Assembly: GCA_026023565.1 (NCBI GenBank)
Contig: JAPETS010000016.1
Location: 620,001-665,504, forward strand
Source: Cirrosporium novae-zelandiae
Lineage: Eukaryota
Length of the DNA: 45,504 bases
Direction: 5' to 3'
In this document: in pieces, positions 38,085 through 45,504 of the stretch
Layout: every line of letters starts with the position of its first letter
How positions within the stretch are numbered: the first letter of the stretch is position 1
Program-made: the position numbers and the translations under genes
The notes under the pieces: model-generated
The model's database searches: none
Told to the model about the DNA's origin: nothing
What the model saw: the letters and a program-made list of their open reading frames with translations, nothing else

Positions 38085-39746
38085 ATGGCTACTACACAGA
38101 TCCGGACGCTCATCTTCGATATCGGTGACGTGCTATGCACTTGGAACCCAAAGACCTCCACCTCGCTACCAGGAAAACTCTTGAAGGAGTTTCGTCTATC
38201 GCCTATCTGGTACGAGTACAATTGTGGCCGCATAGGTGAGGAAGAATGCTACACACGGCTTGCTGCGAGCTTCTCCGTCCCGTACGCTGAGATCGAGGAA
38301 GCATTTTCCCAGGCGCGGAATTCTCAAGCGGGTAATGATGCCATGGTAGCTGCCATCCGGGAGCTCAAGCTTGCACATAAAGATTCTCTTCGCATTTATG
38401 CAATGTCCAACGTCTCAAGGCCGGATTGGGAGATTCTGAAAACCAAGCCTATTGATTGGTCGATTTTTGATCGCGTGTTCACATCAAGCGAAGCTGGAAT
38501 GTCTAAACCTGAACTCCAGTTCTACCGTTATGTCCTCAGAGCTACAGATACTGCCCCACAAGAAGCTGTTTTCGTTGACGACAAGGCGGACAACGTGCTC
38601 GCAGCTCGCTCCCTTGGTATCCACGGTATACAATTTGACAACTCGGCCAATGTCCTTCGTCAGCTACAAAATATACTGGGAAATCCAACACAAAGAGGCA
38701 AGAAGTTTCTCTCCAGTCATGCCCACGAGTTTCATTCCGTCACCGATCAAGGCCATGTAGTCCCAGACAACTTTTCACAACTGCTCATGCTGGAGGCCAC
38801 TGGCAATCCGTAAGTCTTATTTCATTCCTTGAATGGTACTACAGTGGCTAAGGGTACACTCTAGGGATCTTATATCTCTCGAATATCATGAAAAAAGCTG
38901 GAATTACTTTATTGGTGAGTGTAACGCATCATGCTACGACAGCGAGGGTATAAATTGATGTTCAATACAGGAAGCCCATTCGGAACCACCAAGACCTATC
39001 CGGATGATGTCGACACAACTTCGCTCGCATTAATGTTGTTGTCGGTTGATGATAAGGTAGCACATTCAGTTTTGGATGACATGCTAAGACATCTGAGTGC
39101 TGATGGAATTGTCATGGTATGTATTTGGGGATGATGACTGTAAATATATAAGACAAATACTTATGGATAACAGATATACTTTGATGAATCAAGAGCCCGA
39201 ACGGATCCAATCGTGTGCATAAATGTGGTCCGTCTATTTTATCACTATGGACGCGGCAACCAACCAGAATTACAGCCAACCAAGAATTGGATCTGCGAAG
39301 TCTTATTAAATCGTGCATACCTTGAAGGAACTCGCTACTACACCTCCCCGGATGTCTTTTTCTACTTTTTCTCTCGCCTTCTCGAAGAGAACGGTGGTTC
39401 TGACATATACCAAGCCACGGCATCGCTGTTGAAAGAACGTTTGCAGGAACGTGTTGGTGCTAACGGAGACTCCTTGGAGCTTTCGATGCGAATCCTTGCA
39501 TGTTATTCACTTGGTATCAGGGATGAAATGGGTCTGAACAAACTATTATCTTTGCAGTGTGAGGATGGTGGATGGGAGATTGGATGGTTATGCAGATATG
39601 GCAAGACGGGAATGAGGCTTGGCAATAAGGGAGTTGGCACCGCGCTCGCTATTAATGCCTACCAGGCATTACGAGGTAGAGAGAAATCTGTTGCGGATTC
39701 GGACGAGGCTATTTCAATGACTCCACGACGAGAACCCACTCCTTGA
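38085..39746 (+). CDS. HAD-like hydrolase fused to a class II terpene cyclase beta domain (drimane-type sesquiterpene synthase family, AstC/DrtB/AncC-like), 4 exons
   Basis: Exons 38085-38809, 38865-38914, 38971-39116 and 39174-39746. HAD motifs LIFDIGDV, MSN, KP and FVDDKADNV. Cyclase motifs DNFSQLL, WNYF, YPDDVDTTS (DxDTT), YFD..R.R.DP.VC.NV, GTRYY.SPD.F and QCEDGGW (QW motif). Confidence 0.92.
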
Positions 39747-42700
39747 CCAAATTTTAGAGGAAAGAGGATCGACTGATATTGACTGGCAAGCAATGTTATT
39801 ATAGGCTACAATTCCCCGGGAACAAAGGAAGGCATGCAGGAATTTGGTATTGAATTTTTTGAAATCTCCAAGAGCATCTGGTCGAGCTTTTATACAGATA
39901 AAGTACAGATTATTGTTATAAAATATTCTGGTATCATAGTATTGTTGTAGCTGATGTAGAGATGTTTGGCTATGCAGAGCTTCTACAAAAAAAATATTAT
40001 TTGGTAGTAAATCCACTTTGCTTTTTGGGCCTTATGTATTATCATCAACTTTTCTCATAAGGAGCCTAAACCCTCCAGCCTTATGAGAGATTTACAACTT
40101 CTTAGAAAGAGCTTAAGGAGATTCACTAACCAATTATCCAAATCCCCGAAATGAATAAAATCCACTTCAGGGTAGGCGTGGGATCAAAGTCAAAGGATTA
40201 ATCACAAAGGGGTGAGTGGCGCAGTCGTTTATAAACCTTAGGAGCCTCCTGGCCTGTTGCCTTAGGCGCAGCTCGCCTAAACCTGGATCGGCGGACCGAG
40301 GCTGCAAGCTTTCATACCAAATCCTTCCACTTGTTTAAAGTAGCCGTTCTTTGAACGAACCTTGTCGCTGAAAGCTTGTTAGCACTTCAGACTTTCAATA
40401 TCTAACCCTCTTACACCATTCATATAGTCTTTGCACTTATACGTAGTGAAAAGGATATATTATGTGGTTGTGATGTTGACTAACACTTGATCAAACAGAG
40501 GCTTGCCTCCCTTAAAATTAATCCAACTTTACAATGTCATTACAAATCTAAACGTCGAGGCACAGTTTCTAGGAACGCAACTATCTTCAGGATAGTATTT
40601 TGGCTAACGTGAATCCGTTTGCCCGTGAAATGATCTGCCCGCCACAAGTATGTGCACGATGAACCGTTTTAGCATAATGTTTAACAGGCGCTATGTCGCC
40701 GCAAGTCAACTCTATCCATGACCAGACTCTAGCCTGACAGACATATTGCAAACGAAGAAGATGCTTTGGATGATGCTAAGTCATTGGTGTACAGTGATGG
40801 AGAAAATCTGAACCAGCCAAGCGTAACATTTTCCACAGAATTCGTGCTCCTTCAGATGAACTGTGACGAACGGAAGTTTGGTGTTATTGTTTGCATTGGC
40901 ATGTCTCTAACCCATCTTAATGCCTAATATCCTAATCTAAGCTACAGGATGCCTTTATCTTTCTGTTCCTAGTTTCCATTTCATCAAGTATATGTTTCTC
41001 GCGGTGTCTCCATCTGGGTTTCTCGTCCAATAGCCTTATCATATATTATGTACTATAACTGAAAATCTAGGGATTCTTCCATATTGACGTCGGATTCTAC
41101 AAGGGGAACCCAACCTGCGGGCTACGAGTCCATGAGCTACTGGAAATTAAAAAATTATGCGTACACTTTTAATTCGTACCTTGATAAATTTTAAGACATT
41201 TGGACTAACCTACCTAGCTACTCTTATGTTGTACTTGAAGCTAAGCTGACTATTTCCATCCTTGCTGGTACCTCAACAATAATGATAATGATGACATGGA
41301 CGAAAGCGATGGTACACCACCCGAAGATGCACCCGACTGCTGAGCAGCCTTCGAATGAATGTTAACTCTACTGCATTCTCTATGAGTTGAGGCTTTCGAT
41401 GTCATACATTCATGTATGTTTCTAGACTGGAGTTTCCAGGGTTAGATGTGTAGAGAAAATGTCGACTTAATTACAAAGCTCCAGCAAGTGAGAATTACGG
41501 TAAATATGATCAGTGTCCCCAGAAAGAGTGTCGGGATCGGATGGTTCATGAAGGTCAAAGTGATTCTCATCTAGCATTACCGGATTATCTGAACAAAATC
41601 AGATAGAGATTCTCACAACAACACGTTGCTAGGCGAAAAAAGCTTGCCTGGACTGGACCCAAGAATAGTACTAGTGAATTTCGTCAGTTCTTTGTCGGTA
41701 ATGGCTTCCCCAATATTAGGACTTTTGTATACGAGCTTAAACTCTACAACATTGGAATCTCTAGACTGCTGAAGATGATTATCACAAGAAGAGGATTGGT
41801 TGAAAAATAAAAGAATGATAGTTTCGTTGTTATCGCCATCATTATTGTAACCGTGAGCCTGGCTGATAATGTCGATGACCAGTGTTTCTATGTTTGTTAG
41901 ATAAAGGCACCTTGACATAGACAGATTCAAACATACCGGAAACTTCTCTCATGGATATTGAACCCTGGGCTACCCCCCAACAACCAAAGAGGAACATAAG
42001 GAATAGAATAGGGACATCATCTGCATCAGACCCATTTTTCGTAATTCGCCTTGATGGTAGTATTCCGATATTGTCGCCTCGCTATCTACTTCATCACGTC
42101 ACATCTATCATCATTTGCTCGTCCGGTACTTTCTGAGAAGGCATCATAGATTGATTCATTGAGATCGCTTTGTTCGACTATTTTGCTTTTGGATCCAGAG
42201 AGATTCACTCTATCCTCGAAAAATTCGTAATCTCAACTGCATTATCGCCTAGTACTGATTCCTAAGAAGACCCATCCAAGGAATAGTTACAAGCTGGATT
42301 GCTCATCATACGACCGATTTGAGGATTCACGGTTCACTTTTTCCATTTCCACCCTACTAAGTAGACGCTGGAATTTAGAGGTGGATATTTGGATCAGACG
42401 AAGCTCTATAGAGACTGTTTGCTTGCTACGTAGGATTATGGCAAAAATAAAAGTATTCCTGATCCCTATACTGTGGCATTTTTAAGATTGGTCTTCTCGC
42501 ATAGGACTCAGGAGACAGCCTTGTGAGGGTATTAGATAGTACGGAGAGCTTGGCCGTCGGAGACAGAAACAGAACACCAAAAAGACAGATAAACAACAAA
42601 AAAAGGGCATAATGTTTCGTGATATTACAGAGTATGTCTGAAGGTATATCCGAAGACAATTTGGAGAAAACTAGAAAGACGAGAGATACCAAGTGATGAG

Positions 42701-43025
42701 AATGATCGATTTTTATATGCAAGTAGTATTTGTGCAGATAAACCAGTCAGTGTGATTAGCTTGGGTAGACGGGTGGGCTAGTCGAGAAGAGAATTATTAA
42801 TTTTTTAAATATACAACGATAAATATGATGGGATAGGGTCGAAAGATATGGTGGGGCAATTTATGAGAATAGATTGGCTCAGCTGTGGCCTACAGTATCT
42901 ATACCGAGGCTATTAAGGGTACCTTCGGTCTATACGAAAATACTTTGTAGCAACGTAAATAATCCTCCCATTTGAGATCTCATATAATAGCCTATGCAGG
43001 TCAGCTAGCAAAATAATCATTGGCC

Positions 43026-45207
43026 ATGGCGTTCTGTGCAGACTGCCAGAACATCGGAAATGATAATTTTGGCGCTGATTCTAATAGTACCGTCACATTA
43101 AAAAGTACTTTTGAGCATCTTAGACTTTCTGCACATTCTAGTCACTGTGATTGCTGCTCATTTATTTTGTCTGGTTTACTACAAGCGGCCCAAAATGATC
43201 GTGTCGAGGTCAAGAGCTTAGACAAAGACAAAGTGGAATATTATTGGAGAAAAATGACACCAAACGTTGCCAAGGAACGCAATAGTCAAAGGACTTCTCA
43301 TGACGAAATCAATTTAAAGCACCGCTATGTGACTTGCTTGTTGGTAATAACTGGAAATACTCGCGCTGCTTTTGAAGCGGTTGTGCATGATGGTATGTAT
43401 ATATATCTATTTTGGTTTGCCTGAAGTCTGTGAATTGAATCATGTGCTAGATGACCCTGCAATGAATGATGACCGAATAATTGGCCGTCCAGTAGCCAAG
43501 AGAACCGGGGATGAGGAGGCTTTGGAGCACATTAAATTATGGCTTCATGAATGCTGCCAGCATCACATCGAAACGTGTGGTAAAACAGAACTTAAGAAGA
43601 TGCCCACACGGGTTCTTGACCTACGTCCAGACAGCGTAGTCTATCCTGGGAGCCTAAGGCTGTTAGATGATCTTCAAAATCGAAAGGAATATTATGCTAC
43701 ACTAAGCTATTGCTGGGGTAAACCTTCAGAGTCGAATGTTTTCTTCACCACGACAAAAGAGACATACGCTAGCAGAAGGGAAGAAATCGAACTTAAGGAG
43801 CTGCCGAGAGCATTGCAGGATGCAGTCAAGGTCGTCCGATACCTTGGTATCCGTTATCTCTGGGTCGATGCTCTTTGTATCATTCAGCATGATATTGATG
43901 ATTGGGGTCGAGAATCGGTGCAGATGAGTGACATATATGAGAATTCACTATTGACCGTTGCCTCCGCAAGCTCTTCGTCATCAAACGAGTCATTTCTGGA
44001 AAAAGACCGAGGCTTCAGTGATCAACCACGGTTTCATGTTCCACTCAAACATGGGGGAAGCAGTCTTTATTTGCTCTCAATGACAGAGACCCAGGTACTT
44101 GGATTAGGACCATCCTTGTCGGATCACTGGAAGCAACCTCTGCAGGCTCGGGCTTGGACTTTGCAGGAACGATTACTGAGTCATCGAACCATATTTTTTG
44201 ATCGGCTTCAACTTGTTTGGGAATGTCCAATGGGCCAAGCTCTGGAGAGTCGACGACTATTTATCTCGAATTATGTTGGTGCAGACTTTCTTGCGAAATT
44301 CAAGGGAGTAAGAAAGCTTAATGAAGAGGACCTCATGAAAAGTAACAAACCAATGGTCAGTGAGTTCCATATCGATGACTCGATAGTATCCAAACCTGTC
44401 GACTACGCGCAGTGGTACAAGCTTCTGGATAATTATATCTCTCGACAACTTACCGCAATCGACGACGCCTTACCAGCAATATCTGGTCTAGCTGTCCGAT
44501 GGCAGCGTATGACAACAGATATATATCTTGGTGGTATCTGGAAAGGGGATATTCTCAGTGGGCTTCTTTGGAGCTGCTACCCTAACCCCGACCATCTTCC
44601 TCGTCGATCTATATTTGCACCTTCTTGGAGTTGGGCCAACTCAGATAAATTAGGCACAGTTTTCTGTGCTTGTAACGTAGAAGATAGTGAGCTGCAGGTA
44701 CATACAAAGACAGCGCTATTGTTAGATCACCAAACCATACCTAGATTCAACAATGCCAATAACTTCTTTGGCCAACTACAATCAGCAACCCTAACATTCC
44801 AAGGATGGCTGACAAAGGTATGGGCATCCCCGAAGCACGACCCACATGCACCGTACCCTCTCTTAGCATGGAAAATGGATCACCAGCTGAAGTTCAAAGC
44901 ATCAATTGATAATATTGATGATCTTGTGGATCGACTTTATAGTCATGGTGAGGGGGCTAGGGAATCGTTCTATGTCTTCATGCTAGGCATTTGGAGAGAA
45001 AAGACAACGTTCCAACCTCGGACAGATATTTGGGGTCTCGTATTAAAGGAGACGGGAGAAACCCAAGGGCCAACAAATCTAAAGGTCTATAATAGAAAGG
45101 GATGTATAGCCATTAACCTACTACCATATGGAGGATGTGGAATTGAAAGCTTAGATCTCATCGATTTTTGGGGTGATTGGTGGGAGGCAACTATCATGCT
45201 TGCTTAG
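43026..45207 (+). CDS. HET-domain (heterokaryon incompatibility, TOL-like) protein, 2 exons
   Basis: ATG at 43026 (MAFCADCQ...CDCC), intron 43393-43450. Motifs: WLHECCQHH..C, PTRVLDL, YATLSYCWG, LPRALQDAV...LGIRYLWVDALCIIQ..DW..E...M..IY, RAWTLQERLLS, LPAISGLA, YLGGIW, APSWSWA. Confidence 0.95.
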
Positions 45208-45379
45208 CTTCATGAAATCATCTGTATATGGATCTACTTAATAAAAATCACTATAAACCACTATATATTGATTTACTGTTGTGAAAGAGTAATAGGGTTG
45301 GTGTCAAGGTTGGGGCTCTGATAATGTAGGTAGCGATGCGAATAGGTAGTGTGTCCATATCGTAGTAATATTGAAATAA

Positions 45380-45504
45380 TAGGGTTAGGGTTAGGGTTAG
45401 GGTTAGGGTTAGGGTTAGGGTTAGGGTTAGGGTTAGGGTTAGGGTTAGGGTTAGGGTTAGGGTTAGGGTTAGGGTTAGGGTTAGGGTTAGGGTTAGGGTT
45501 AGGG
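45380..45504 (+). repeat. Telomeric repeat (TTAGGG)n, chromosome end
   Basis: TAGGG followed by 20 perfect TTAGGG units running to the window end. Confidence 0.98.

Noticed and set aside
1..45504. CRISPR arrays, rRNA, intact transposases/retrotransposons, telomere-linked helicase, and the many short antisense ORFs in the track
   Set aside because: None of these elements is seen. The short ORFs overlap real genes on the opposite strand or frame, or lack motifs.

Overview
Right-hand end of a filamentous ascomycete (Pezizomycotina-type) chromosome, judged from short GT..AG introns with CTRAC branch sites and a terminal (TTAGGG)n telomere. I can support 12 spliced or single-exon protein genes, with introns traced by hand: a cupin, a DHA1-type MFS transporter, an expansin/RlpA-like secreted protein, AGX1, VPS29, COQ2, a Cys-rich single-pass membrane protein, a three-gene sugar/polyol-acid catabolic cluster (HpcH aldolase, Zn-dependent dehydrogenase, ACS-family MFS), a divergent pair of terpene synthases and a HET-domain gene ending 172 nt from the telomere. 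There is also an intron-containing tRNA-Gly(GCC), a sulfotransferase-like pseudogene missed by the ORF track, and a RIP-damaged transposon-like relic. Best leads: (1) a head-to-head pair of a class I terpene synthase and a HAD-fused class II (drimane-type) terpene cyclase with no recognisable tailoring genes; (2) an AUG-free in-frame N-terminal extension of AGX1 that starts at a good-context GUG and carries a perfect PTS2, suggesting a cryptic peroxisomal isoform; (3) the catabolic cluster, whose dehydrogenase has an E-to-Q change in the EPL motif; (4) a HET gene directly abutting the telomere with no subtelomeric repeat block. Family assignments come from motif recognition only; no database searches were run.
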